Source: Octopus bimaculoides
Lineage: Eukaryota
Direction: 5' to 3'
Length of the DNA: 64,000 nucleotides
NCBI RefSeq assembly: GCF_001194135.2
Contig: NC_068981.1
Coordinates: forward strand, 36,030,759-36,094,758
Shown piece after piece: positions 25,741 to 39,090 of the stretch. Position numbers and translations under genes: made by a program. Below the pieces are notes generated by a model. The model was not told where the DNA came from. It saw nothing but the letters and a program-made list of their open reading frames with translations, and ran no database searches. Every line of letters begins with the position of its first letter. Positions within the stretch are counted from its first letter, which is position 1.

Positions 25741-27262
25741 TTAATAGGAAACCAATGGAATTGGCACAGATGGTTGAGTGTAGGCCTCGGTATATGTTAT
25801 TAGTATCTAGTCTACTGACTCAGTTACTGTGTTCAAATCCCATTGGGAGTCAAATTTTCCAATCCTCCCATTGGTGTTAATAAAAATAAGTGCCAATATA
25901 TGCTGAAGTTGAACTAATCAATACTATTCTCTTTTCTTCTTATAAAGCTCTATGTTGCTAGTAAAAGCAATTAATATAATCAATATCTGTTAAACATGGC
26001 ATTAGTTTGCCTTTATTTAAAGTTTTTGTTTATATTTATTTTGTCTTAATATTCTTGTTTAAGGTTTTATTTATTTTTATTTAGTCTTCATTGGACAAAC
26101 TGAAACCTGTGAACATCTGATAATTCATACTTTGTTTAAAGTTTCTTTTATATTTATTTAGTCTTCATAGAATAAGTTTAAAACTAGTTTACATCTGAGA
26201 ATTCACCTCATATATTTGGTCATATTTGTTTGAAGAATACTGTTGAAATACTGCTAAAAATAAAAGAAGAGCATAAAATGTCTTTTCAGCTTTAGGCAGT
26301 ATTTTATAATTTGGTTACCTAACATAGATTTGATCACAAATTAGAAGTAAATTACTAAGTAAATTTGGTACTAAAACATTTAGTTGTAACTTTAGCATAA
26401 AATATCAAAAACATATGATTCGTTTTGTACACATACATATCACATTTTCTATACATTTTTAAGCATCTTTTTTAGTTTGCATTTGAAGCAATATGGAACA
26501 GAGTTTGTAGAGTTTGGATATTTATACATGAATAGTCAGATAAAGAGTTTTGCTTTTGGTAGTAAGTTCTAATAGCCATTTGTTTACACAGGTTCCATAA
26601 AAATTTCATCTTCATATGTGTCTAGGACAAGTCAGCCCAGCAAACTCACTCCTTCCCATTCTAGAATCATTAGTGGAGAGACACACAGCTCTGTGTGCAG
26701 GTTAATAGAACATGCTTGTAAACAGTTGCAACGGCTTCAAATAGTTTCTCCATGGTGCATAGTGTGTGTTGAATTGCTAGATATAAAGGTGCATAGCCTA
26801 GAGACTAGTATGTTTTGCTCATAATCATAAGATTGTGAGACAAGTTTCTGGCACTTCCTTTCATGTTGTTCCACTCTGCTCAGCTGAAATGAGTATTAGC
26901 CAGTTGCAGGTGCAGCTCTCTCTATCTGCAGTAGTCACATTCTGAATATCCTACTGGGCCAAAAGTGTGTGAGTTCTGAGGAGGTCTATGTCATCTTGTG
27001 ACTGTATAGGTATCTAAAAACAATTAGTGAAAGTATAATACATGTTACTGAATCATACTCACTTATGAGTGAAGGATGGCTATACTGACTGCTTAGAGCT
27101 AAGTACTTCACTCACAAATATAGTACAGTGCCTGCATCAGAATTTGAAGGAAAAACGTTTCAGCTGGAAATTTAGCTTCTTATTGATTTAGAATTCTCCT
27201 CCTGGATTCTATGCCAAATCTTTTAGCAAGCAAAGAAAAAATGTTTCATTTATGTTTTTTAG

Positions 27263-27355
27263 CTATTGGTTTGCACTAAGAATGCAATACATCTATAAAC
27301 ATACACGTACCAAGACTACAGGCCTTTCTATTGGAATTCTTAATGGAATCATTAG
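27263..27355 (+). CDS. Candidate 93-nt symmetric (phase 2-2) exon, YWFALRMQYIYKHTRTKTTGLSIGILNGII
   Basis: Acceptor TTTCATTTATGTTTTTTAG and donor AG|GTAGGA. Open and protein-like, in unique sequence. Joining to 21997 gives AG+C = Ser. Product not recognised. Confidence 0.45.
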
Positions 27356-27439
27356 GTAGGAAACAAGTTTCCATATTTTTTTTGTTTCAATTTTTATTTA
27401 TATAAAGTGTTATTTTAACTCTGCTAACAGATAATTACT

Positions 27440-27465
27440 TATTATTATTATTATGATTATGATTA

Positions 27466-27518
<53 letters not shown>
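27440..27518. repeat. (ATT)n microsatellite
   Basis: Directly visible. Confidence 0.95.
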
Positions 27519-27519
<1 letters not shown>

Positions 27520-28532
27520 CATTTGTCTTATTTATATTGCATGCTTTCACTGCACAATCGAATGCAGCTCTGTGTGCCTTGGGTATGTGCAGTGTTTTGT
27601 TTCGTCTATGTGTTTATCTATTGTATTGAAAATACAGTGCCTAGTAGTGCTATTTTCTGATTTTCTGTGTAAGTACTGGAGTTTTGGTTATGTATTTGTT
27701 TACAGTATTTTTTTTATCATTCCTAAAGCACTCATCATCATCATCATCATCATCATCAGTAGTATTGTTTCTGTTGCAAATTCCCACATGTTCTATTTAT
27801 CTCTATTTGTAGATCTTTATATCTGGATGTCTTTTCCATTTCTTTTAAATATATATTGTTGTTTATTGGAATTTATTCATCAATTAAGAGAAATTTCTTT
27901 TCCTAATGGAATTTAACAATAACATTGGGTAGATATGCCTTAGTTCTCCTGTTAATATGGATTGGCTTATCCCAGACTATAAACATTTTGTCTTTTTCTG
28001 TGACCCTTTGTGATGTAAGAATAATAATGAAGATGATAGTGAAGGTTGTTGTAGTGATGGTTGTGATGAAGATGATGGGGATGCTGATGTTGATGTCAAC
28101 AATGATGATGATAAGGCCAATAGTTAACTACTAAGTTTTCAACGATAAACTTGTTACATCCCATAATTTCATAACAAAATCATTGTGGGAAAATTCATTC
28201 CAATTTGAATGTTAAATTATGTTTCCCCCAGCTCATCAATAAGACTTCTACTTCAGTGACTGAAACTGGGGAAAACAGTAATTCTTACAGAATTTCTTAT
28301 TTCAGTAATGGTAGAGGCATCTATTAGTGGCAAGATTACAGCATTACTATGTCTGTCATGTCTTCCTAGTTTGTTTCCTATTGATAATTTTCCTGAGCAG
28401 CATTCTTAATTGTTACAAAGTTACTACAAAACATCATATAGGAGATCAATAGACTACTTAATAAGTTATGGGATGCTAATTAGAATAAGATTTCTTGATT
28501 GATGATTAACTTCTGTCTATTAGCCTACAAAC

Positions 28533-28577
<45 letters not shown>

Positions 28578-28644
28578 CACATACATACATACATATGCTC
28601 ATATGCGTGTGTTTATAGAAATGGAAATTAACGAAAGCCTATTG

Positions 28645-28689
<45 letters not shown>

Positions 28690-29399
28690 TATATATTTGA
28701 GTGTGTGTCAGTATTTTTATTTACATATTACCCATCTATCATGAGCTAGAGGCAGTGACATTGTTGTCATTTCTCTTAACAAATCATTTGTTGGCTTTGT
28801 GCCTTCAAAGACCTACCATTAAAGTAAGAGACCTGTTACTTAAAAGACAGGTAAAGTTTAGGGACAAAAAGTGCATGCACCTGTGAAACAATGTCTCAAA
28901 ACCACATTTGTCTAACATGGAAAAAATGTATGTAAAAAAAAAAAAATCAGAAAACACACACACACTCTCTCTCACATACACATGCATACATACACACAGA
29001 TATATGTAACTTGGGAAGCCTATAATAATGATGATTTTTGTAAGAAATGCAAAGACAAAACAATTTGAGGTTCAGTGTACATGACTGGTCACAGACATAG
29101 CTGTATAGTTAAAAACTTTGATTTGCAATCACAAAATCTCAGGTCTGATCCCACTGTGTAGCACCTTGAACAAGCAACTTTTACCATACCTTCAGGTCAC
29201 CCAAGCTGTTTGGATGCTTGTTGGAGGGATTGTATGGATAATTAAAAGAGCCAGTCTTGATAGCTGCATGTACACTTGGCTTGCCTGAAAATTGTGCTAA
29301 GTGATATGTCTCTGTAGAATATTCAACCATTTATATAGGCTAATTTATTGAGTAGGATGTATCAATGATTAAATAACTGGAACACTCATTATTAAGACT

Positions 29400-29775
29400 A
29401 GTAGATCGTTGGAAGTTGAATCTCATGGTGGCAACAACAAATGACTGAGACTTTTGGTGATTTGCTGTGCTTGAGAAGATATGTCAAGTTTGTAGCTAGT
29501 GCTGGAGACATGTGCCAGTGGCACATACATGTCAGCTGTGTTGGTGAAGCTGGTGACTTATAAAAAGTATTCATGCTGATGATATGTAAAATACATCCAT
29601 GCCAGTGATGCATAAAAGACGCTTGGTACACTCTATGGAGTGATTGGCATTAGGAAGGACGTCCAGCCATAAAAACCAAGCCAAAAGAAACTAGAATCTG
29701 GTGCAGCTCTCCAGCTTACTAGTTCCAGTTAAACCATCTAACCTATGCCAGTATGGAAAATGGATGCTAAATGAT
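29400..29775 (+). mobile_element. RTE 3' UTR / SINE family D copy (old)
   Basis: GGCATTAGGAAGGACGTCCAGCC...CCTATGCCAGTATGGAAAATGGATGCTAAATGATGATT terminus. Confidence 0.7.
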
Positions 29776-30409
29776 GATTATGATGAATGATAAGTAGGAA
29801 TCCATTCAAATAATTAGTTAGAGTAATACGAGTATTTTAACTGTTATATATTTTTATCAATCTTGAAAGGATGGAAAGCAGAAATGACTTCAATAAGTCT
29901 TGAATGCAAAATATATCTAGATAAAACTAGATACTATACAAGATACAATACAAGACAAAAGTAAAGTACTACATCAAACCATGGTTCACAGAGCTGCACT
30001 TTTTAGTGCGGCAACAGCCCAAAATAAAACTACTGGACAATAATGATAATAATAATAATTTAAATAATAATAATGATAAAGATACAAACAATATATGTCT
30101 TTCCCAAAAGAATTAGCGAGGTGAACAAAGTGGAGGTTATCAGGAATTTTAATTTGGTCATCATATCTATTTTGCTGTCTGTTTATACTTATCACAATAA
30201 AAATGGCACCAATGATATGGTACCTTAATGTCAAAGGATTCTTGAAAGAAGGCCAAATCATAAACTGCAACAATTTTCATTCTCAGGAGACATTCTTTAA
30301 CTGATCACATGAGAAACTATACCCCCCCCCCACACATACACACAACACCCACACACACATGCATATAAATATGTGCATACATATGAGTGTGTATACATAC
30401 ACATACATG

Positions 30410-31660
30410 CAGGGGTTGGACAAAATAATGGAAACACCTAGCATCATAGCATCATAATTTTGAAATATCTATAAAATCATCAAAAGCTTGTTTATTTTTA
30501 TGTTTTTTTATTTATTATTAGTGTTGCTTAATATGTTTTGCTAAAACTGCGTTTTTTTTCCAGATATCATTAGAAAAAGGTAATTAAAATTCATTAAATT
30601 GCCAGATCTATCGGACTTTCAAAGAGGTCAAATTGTTTGTACTCATATGGCAGGTGCTAGAGTAACGAAAACAGCTGAAATGTTTGGTGTATCAAGAAAT
30701 GCTGTCTTGAAAGTAATGACAGCCGTTGAGAAAGAGGCAAAAACCTCCTTGTTGAAACAAAACTCTGGAAGAAAACCAAAACTTTCATATAGGGACCATT
30801 GGACTCTTACATGAATTGTTCGCAAGGATCACAAAAGTACAGCTCCCAAAATTACTGCAGAACTTAATGGTCACCTCAAGAACCCAGTTTCCACAAAAAC
30901 TCTTCACCAGGAGCTGCACAAAACCAGATTTCATGGGAGGACTGCAATCAGAAAACCACTACTTTCAAAAACAAACGTTGCAAAGCATTTAGGGTGGAGT
31001 AAAAACCTACAGAGTTGGTCCCCAAAACAGTGGCAGAATGTTATTTTCTCAGACGAATCATCCTTTGCCTTATTTCCGACCACTGGCTGAGTATACGTTT
31101 GAAGACAGCAAAAAGAAGCATTTGACCTACACTGCCTTTTTCCATCACGGAGGAGGATCTGGCGGGAGAGGGGGTCTATATCTTGGAAATCTGCTGGCTC
31201 AACGACAGGATTAATAGTCAAGACTATTTAAGCATTTTATCTTAGCAAATTCATCCTATGGTTGTGGAAGTGTTTCCAGAGGGAAGTGCAATCTTTCAGT
31301 ATGATAATGCATCAATCCACACAGCTAAAGTTGTTACTGAATGGCATGAGAAACATTCTAGTGAAGTTGAGCATTTTATTTGGCCACCACAGTCCTCGGA
31401 TCTCAATATTATTGAACATTTATGGTGCATTTTAGAAAAACAAGTAAAGAGTTGATATCCTCCACCATCATCACTACCAGAACTGGAGACTGTTTTGGCT
31501 GATGAAAGGACAAAAATTCCTTTGGAAACAATTCAAACTTTGTACAAGTCCATACCCCATAGAATTTAAGCTGTAATTACTGCCAAAGGTGGTCCTACCC
31601 CATTTCAAAATAAATTTGCTTGAAATTTTAAGGTGTTTCCATTATTTTGTCAAACCCTTG
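30410..31660 (+). mobile_element. Full-length (1251 bp) inactive Tc1/mariner DD34E transposon
   Basis: 30-bp TIRs CAGGGGTTGGACAAAATAATGGAAACACCT and AGGTGTTTCCATTATTTTGTCAAACCCTTG (2 mismatches). TA on the right; TG on the left (probably a mutated TA). Confidence 0.95.
30599..31605 (+). pseudogene. Tc1-family transposase pseudogene
   Basis: DLSDFQRGQIV...SGRKPKLS (paired-like HTH/GRPR-like), VIFSDES (D1), IFQYDNASIHTA (D2), WPPQSSDLNIIEHLW (E) and AVITAKGGPT C-terminus. Several stops and frameshifts. Confidence 0.92.
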
Positions 31661-31740
31661 TACATATATATCTACATACATACAAACTTGCATACATACC
31701 TATATACATACCTATATACATACCTATATACATACATACA

Positions 31741-32076
31741 TTGCCAGTGCCCCTGGACTGGTTCTTGTGCGGGTGGCACATGAGATGCACCATTTTGAGC
31801 GTGGCCGTTGCCAGTACCGCCTGACTGGCTCCTGTAGGATTTTCGAGCGAGATCGTTGCCAGTGCCCCTGGACTGGCTTGTGCGGGTGGCACATAAAAGA
31901 CACCATTTCGAGCATGGCCGTTTTCGTGCGGGTGACACTTAAAAGCACCCACTACACTCTCTGAGTGGTTGGCGTTAGGAAGGGCATCCAGCTGTAGAAA
32001 CTCTGCCAAATCAGACTGGAGCCTGGTGTTGCCATCCGGTTTCACCAGTCCTCAGTCAAATCGTCCAACCCATGCT
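31741..32076 (+). mobile_element. Young SINE family D / RTE 3' UTR copy with internal tandem modules; its end falls in a gap
   Basis: GC- and CpG-rich, with repeated GCCAGTGCCCCTGGACTGG...GTGCGGGTGGCAC units, then GGCGTTAGGAAGGGCATCCAGCTGTAG...CGTCCAACCCATGCT. Confidence 0.85.
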
Positions 32077-32843
32077 NNNNNNNNNNNNNNNNNNNNNNNN
32101 NNNNNNNNNNNNNNNNNNNNNNNNNNNNNNNNNNNNNNNNNNNNNNNNNNNNNNNNNNNNNNNNNNNNNNNNNNNNNNNNNNNNNNNNNNNNNNNNNNNN
32201 NNNNNNNNNNNNNNNNNNNNNNNNNNNNNNNNNNGAGCATGTCTAGATATGCAACGATATGCATGAGAATACATTCATAAAACAAAACATACAAATCTTC
32301 ACACATACATACATGTATACATACATACAAAAATACCCTGATGTTGATGTTGAAATTTCAATGAAGGAGCCTTGGATCTAGGTTAGAAACCAGCTCTTTC
32401 TCTATTGGCAAGAAATCTTAAAATAAAACTGAACAATGACATACATGCATGTATGCATGCATAGATGAGTTTATGCTGATAAAGATAAATTCTTTATAAG
32501 TATTAAGCTCTGAAATTACGTAGGAAAATAAAAGATTTTTAGCAGGAAATATGTACATTTAAAAGAAAAAGAACAAAGAAAAATAGCAGGCCCACAGGCA
32601 GAACATTCAATAGATATGAACTGACCAGGTTTTCATGAAAAATAAGCTGTTTAGATAATGTTAGGCCTTATATTTTACACACACACACACTCGTGTGTGT
32701 GTGTGTGTGTATTCATGTATATAAACATTGAGCTATTTACTTTCCAATACTAACTCGAAATTTAGGCTGTTTATTTATTTACCTATATTTTTGTCCTATT
32801 TCGTTTTCCTTATGGATAAAAACCAATGACTTTTCCTAACCAG

Positions 32844-32863
32844 TGATTCTTCAATTCAAAAAG
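32844..32863 (+). CDS. Candidate 20-nt micro-exon
   Basis: ACTTTTCCTAACCAG|TGATTCTTCAATTCAAAAAG|GTATGT, with strong sites on both sides. The phase 2-to-1 reading (S)DSSIQK is compatible with following 27355. Confidence 0.25.
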
Positions 32864-33574
32864 GTATGTAACTTAAGAATCTGAAATTTTGTAGTTCATG
32901 GTGATACTAAATAATAAAATCTTTTTCCAAAATTGGAAAAAAAGAAAGAAACAAAACCTGGCTGCTTAATAACAGAGTGTATAATTCTTAAAGTTTGTTA
33001 CAACTAATGGTACTATAGTGTCTCGTCATTTCTGCAGGGTGTGTCTACTTTGGAAAAGAAGAGCAGCTGCATCTGATATTAATCCATGCAACTTTGAACA
33101 AATGTTGTGTGTGGCATGGAAGGGGATTTTCCATGTCAGAACATACCACACATACCAGACTATAAACACCACACACACACACACCACTCAGCATTTATAC
33201 TACACATACTAGAGCAGGCACAAATGACATTCCTGAACACATTGCATTTGATCTTGTGCTCACTTATTTGATCATACACCATGCATACCAAAACATTTGC
33301 ACACAGACATACACACTCAATACACACGGAAACATAAATGGCACACACTAAAGCATCCACCATTATCATGCCAAAAATTATATTCTATGCACCAGCACAG
33401 ATAGAACTGGTAAGAATTCTGTCACACTGCTTTAGCACAGACAACACACACACTTACACAAACAGGCAACATCTTTCTCACATGCATGTAAACATAAAAC
33501 ACTGTATCACAAGATCATACATCACATATAAAAAAGCTTAACACATTCCTACATAGAAGTACAATTTACACACA

Positions 33575-33615
<41 letters not shown>

Positions 33616-33654
33616 TCACGAGCGCGCGCGCACACACACACACACACACGTTAT

Positions 33655-34370
33655 TTACTCTTGCTGGCTGCATAACGTCAGTGTGCATGCACGGCAGAGT
33701 GTAAGCGTCCTGAGAGAAAAGTTGGACATAAGAAGCATCAGATGTTGTGTGCAAGAGAGACAACTGTGCTGGTATGGTTATGTGATGCATATATATGAGG
33801 ATAGCCATGTGAAGAAGTTTCACACCCTAATGGGGAGGGAATCTGTAGAAGAGGTACACCTAGGAAGGCATAGGATGTGGTGGTTAAGCACAATCTTTGA
33901 AAGCTGGGCCTCACAGAGGCAATGACAAGCAACTGAGACCTTTGGAGATATGCTGTGTTTGAGAAGACCTAGCAAGCCAAGTGAGATCATAGTCGTGGCC
34001 AATGCCAGTATTGAATAGCTGACCCATTTAAAAGCACACCCCCCCCACTCATTGGGCGATATGCTGTGATCCATGCTGGTGGCATGTAAAAAGCACCATT
34101 TGAGCATGGCTGATACCAGTTCCACATGACTGGCATGTAAAAAACACCATTCAAGTGTGGCTGATGCCAGTGCCACCTGACTGGTATGTAAAAAGTACCC
34201 ACCACACTCTTGGAGAGGTTGGCATTAGGAAGGGCATCCAGCTGTAGAAACCTTGCCAAATCAAATTGGGGCCTGGTGCAGCCTCCCAGCTTACCAATTC
34301 CCAGTCAAGCCATCTACCCTATACCAGCATAGAAAGTGACCCTTAAATGATGATGATGATGATGATGATG
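33655..34370 (+). mobile_element. RTE LINE 3' fragment with 3' UTR and (GAT)n tail
   Basis: LREKLDIRSIRCCVQERQLCWYGYVMH matches the RTE C-terminal RRLxWxGHVxR motif, followed by the family D terminus and AAATGATGATGAT. Confidence 0.88.
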
Positions 34371-35699
34371 AACAGAACATATCACACACACAAGCACATG
34401 TCATTTGTGGAAATCCTTGAGTAGCAGTTATTACAATATTTCCCCAATATATTTATTTCTCTTCAGTTAAACAAAGGTTCAATATTCTATCAGAAAGGCA
34501 TGGGGCCAAGGAAACCTACTGTCCGATTCTAAAACTAGCTCTGACATGAAGCCAACTTTTTCACATACACAAACTTTAATGCTAACACCAACCTCAATTG
34601 TAATCTTAACACTCGATATTAATTCAAATACCAGGGAAAAATATTAATTCAGACTAAAATCTAAAGCTATAACAACTAACCTTAATCTATAATTCAAACC
34701 CAAATAGTAGCTATGATTCTAATGCACAATGGAAACAGACACACACATACGCATATAAATACAATAGTCTTTCTACAGTTTCCATCTAACACTCAAGGCA
34801 TTGGTCAACCTGAAACTATCTATAGTAGGAAGCACCTGCCTGCAGATCCATACAAGGAGAATGAGTCCTAAACAGCATGGCTGGGAACTGAACTTTTTAA
34901 CCACTTAGCCATACCATCTCAAATCCTGAACTTCTATCCAGCTCTCAGACTGACTTTAACCAAATCTCATACATTACTGACAACTGTAGCCTAAACACAA
35001 GCTTTTATACTAATCTTAAATTATATCTAAATTCTAAAATTGATTTCAGCCAAAACATTAACTTAACCCATTTCCTAACCCTAACCTTAAGCATACGTTT
35101 TTAAAAACTTGTTGAAACATCTGAAGCTATTCCTAAACAGTATGCTAATCATGTTTCAAGTTGATTAGCAACTCATGGCTGATTCTCAGAAATTCCCTTT
35201 GATAATCAAGTGGTATATTTATTCACCCTGAAGAATGATAAAAAACGAAATAGGCACACTTAAGCACTTAGTCATGCTCCCTCCAAGACTTTTTCCCCAT
35301 TGGCTGCTGTAAGGGAAGAAAAAAACCCCATAAAAATAAGATAAAAGAAAAGAGATTGGGCGAAGCAGGGTTGGGTGAGGTAATAAAAATAAAAAAGAAA
35401 ACACAAACAAGAAACTGAATCTATTAAAATGTTGCAACTGTGATATTGTAATGTTTTTTATTTGTTGTAGCCACACCATCAATAGCATTAACAGATAAAT
35501 CAGCAATAACAAGCAAACAAGTGACCCTCTACGTGGTTGTTCAAGCTGCAAGAAATAATAACCAAATCTCCTTCAAATTATGCACTTTTGACTGAAAAGA
35601 AATATACACTGGGTAATGTAATCCAAGATACGCTATGCATTTAAAAAAAAGAAAGAAAAAAGACAAGTTGGTTATGGCCTTTGATCATAGGATCAGGGT

Positions 35700-36190
35700 T
35701 GACAATGGTTAAACAACAAAACCAACCAGTATAAAGCAATAAGAACATGATCAATAAAAAATAATAACAACAACAACATCAACAGTAATAGTGACTGCAA
35801 CAATGAAGGCAACAGCAACATCAGTGATGGCAGCAACAGCAACAAAAGCATTTGTAAGCAAGAAAAAATAGCAATAACAACAATACTCTCCTTTACCATA
35901 TGTGCCACTACCACCACAACCACCACGACAACCTCTACCACAACAACAATGTTAGCATCAAGAAGAGTGCTCATATCGCTCCACCCCGACCACAGACATA
36001 TACACTTCTCCATCCATCTCCACTCTCGTCAACAACTAAAGCAACGCTTTCCCAAGCAAATAACACATCAATGACTCCAAAACAACAACATAGACATAAA
36101 CAGCAACAATAACAATGATGACTACAACGATAAACAACCATCGCCATAACAGCACCACCACCACTACCACCTGCAGTAATACAACCGAAA
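35700..36190. repeat. Degenerate CAA/CAG/CAC trinucleotide low-complexity region
   Basis: Directly visible; accounts for the poly-V/L/H/Q ORFs. Confidence 0.85.
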
Positions 36191-36379
36191 GTAATATATA
36201 AACAGATCGTTTCTTTTTTAAACTTTTTTTCACTCAACCTTTTTTGAAGTACTGTATCCTTCAAAGCCCTCACCAAATATTTCCAATCTTAGAACATTTG
36301 CCATGTCAGCACTGCCATGGCATTCAACAAGATTTACTTTATTCTTTGACTTTCTTCTACTTTTATGATCATTAGATTA

Positions 36380-36415
<36 letters not shown>

Positions 36416-36568
36416 GCAGTAGTAGTAGTAGCATTATTACTATTAGTATTAACAGTAGCATGTTTTTTTGTTGTATTTTCAGGTTGTTAAATCAGAATAC
36501 ATTCTTCTATTTGGTTGTCAAAGAAACAAACATTATAATAGAATAGACACACACGCAACACAACACAA

Positions 36569-36610
<42 letters not shown>

Positions 36611-36620
36611 NNNNNNNNNN

Positions 36621-36662
<42 letters not shown>

Positions 36663-37784
36663 TACCATAAAAATCCTTTACAATTTGTTATATAAAACCT
36701 TTTAAATGATGCCTTACTCAAGTATGTATAATATACATATTATACATGTGTGTGAGAGTTCATAACTATATACATATACAAGTGTGGGACTGTTTGTGTA
36801 AATGTATACTTAAACATAAACACACACAGAGATATTGATAGTGAATCTGTCAATGATGATGATTCAGTTGTTCAATCAACTGAATAACCAACCGTTGAAT
36901 TTACTTACACAAATGGCTGAATATTCCACAAACACATGTAACCTTAATGTAATTCATAGATAGAATTAGCATAACACAGTGTGTGTGACCAGGCTATACC
37001 TTTTGAATTACAGGTACTACCCACCTGAAGTGCTTCTATAGATTTTGTATCTTCCCAGTTTCACTTGCAAGGCAAATTCAACCTCAGTGGAATTTGAACT
37101 CAGATGTAATGACTATAGAAAATGACACTTGCCCAAGATGCCATGCAGTGTCCTTGAATCCAAGACCTTGTGATAATGAAGTGTGTACATATATATATAT
37201 TTAATTGCTGAAGTTGACTTTGCCTTTCATTCTTTTGGATTGATGAAATAAGTACCAGTTGAGCACTGGGGTAGAGGTAATCAACTAGCCCCTTCCTCCC
37301 AAATTTTGGGCCTTGTGCATATAGTAGAAAGGATTATAATAATAATAGTAATTATTATTATTATTATGATGATGAGGATAATATGTATAGAGGAAGGCGT
37401 ATAACTACATTCATATATTTCTCTCACTCTTGTCCTCTTTATATATATATATATATATATATAAAATTTAAAGGGAAAAATTTATAATTATTCCCTTATA
37501 TGGTTTTCACGCTGACTACTTGATAAATTCTTATATAGATTTTATCCTATATTTAATTGTAAATTTAACTGGAATATATTCAGTGTTGAATTTTTCTGAA
37601 TATACACATGTACTGAGATGTAAATTGAAAAGCCCACCTCTTACATAGATATATAAGTGTGAACATTTCTATGTGCTATGTTGGATACATTTGGTGTTCG
37701 TCTGGTATGTTGAATTTTGTTCATTTTTATGTGTCTTGATTATTCCTGCACTGATGATTAGAAAGTGGATTATGTACTCTAACT

Positions 37785-38008
37785 ATGAAATCATATGTGT
37801 GCGATATAGTGATCTCATATCAAGATAAACAGCGCATGACCTCGCAGGTGGGGCCCAGTTAGAATTTTCTTCAGGTCGAGTAGCCCATCCCGCTCAAAAG
37901 GTCCCTGAATAAGGTTTGTTTAAGGATGTTGAGCAAAACACCCATGTTTCCAAAGGTGAATTATTCAAACCCCAAAGAATTCCTCTCAACACATGGCTTA
38001 TTATTATT
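37785..38008. mobile_element. GC-rich, young-looking interspersed repeat fragment, class unassigned
   Basis: Abrupt CpG-containing island (GACCTCGCAGGTGGGGCCCAG...GGTCGAGTAGCCCATCCCGCTCAAAAGG) in AT-rich DNA. I recall it as a common octopus repeat but have not verified this. Confidence 0.45.
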
Positions 38009-38689
38009 AGCAAATGTAGCATCCTCAATTACTGAGTGTTTGGATTATGTGGGCTATTATAATGATGATACTGTAAATTGATACCATAATGAAAATAGTG
38101 ATTTTAATTGTTATTAATAGTCACTGTATTGTTGCTTAGGAAAGCATCTGTAACGCCTGATGATTCATGTTATAATCATCAGATGTTACCTTTAGATATC
38201 CTCATCATTTGATGACACCAGGTGAGAGAGACACCACATTTCTTCCCTAGTGCTTACAATATCTTGCATTACCACACCAACGTTTCACTCTCATATCCCA
38301 AATCTCTGATGATGACCACTGTACAAGTAATCTTGTATCTCTTACCACCAGCTGGCTAAGGTATCTAAAGGACAAATGATGAATCACTTATCATTTGGTC
38401 TAAAGCAGTGCCTAGAAAATTGTATTTTATGTGGTGTCACTGTTTGAATAAATATTTGTGTGTATGTATGTATTTGTACAAATGTATGGATGTATAAATA
38501 TATATAAAATTGGATGGTTATGGTTGAAACATTTTCAGTTATAGGTTTGCTTTATCAAGGCTAACTGGGTGTGGGATAGAGTGTTGGAGAAAGGGTCTGC
38601 TACGTTCAGTGATGAAGCCCCACAAATTGTTGAATATGATTTCTATGAAATATTATGTACTCTATGTAGAAGCGTAACAACCCTTCTAA

Positions 38690-39090
38690 TCCCTTGCTTA
38701 ATGATGGCCCTCATAATGCAAACCTACAAAGACATTCTAGCTATGACCATTCATGCTTCAGCCATAATGTTGAAGGCTTTATTATCCAATGCATATTTCC
38801 TATGTTTTTTTTTAAAAAGGTGATGGTTGAGTGATTTGAGAGAGATTTTGTTGCTATTTCTAGCAACCTGCTCACCTGCATAGAGGCTTCTTCATCAAGT
38901 TCTAATATGTCATATCTGCTTGTTTAGTCCAAGATCAGCTGTGATTGAGCAAAGCTATGATCAAAGGCCTTCCAGCTATGACCATTCCAGTTCCTTTTTT
39001 TTACTTCAGGCATATCTATATCATTCAAAGTGTACATGTTACTTTAAGTGATTTGAGAAAGATTTTGCAGCTATTTCTAACTCTTTGTAC
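38690..39090 (-). mobile_element. Tandem fragments of repeat family E
   Basis: Two GAGATTTTG(T/C)(T/A)GCTATTTCTA and two AGCTATGACCATTC motifs. Confidence 0.6.

Noticed and set aside
32355-32415. CAATGAAGGAGCC...GGTTAGAAACCAGCTCTTTCTCTATTGG as a possible hammerhead
   Set aside because: No 7-nt xUGAN(G/A)A core in register; it folds better as a simple hairpin at the end of a repeat.
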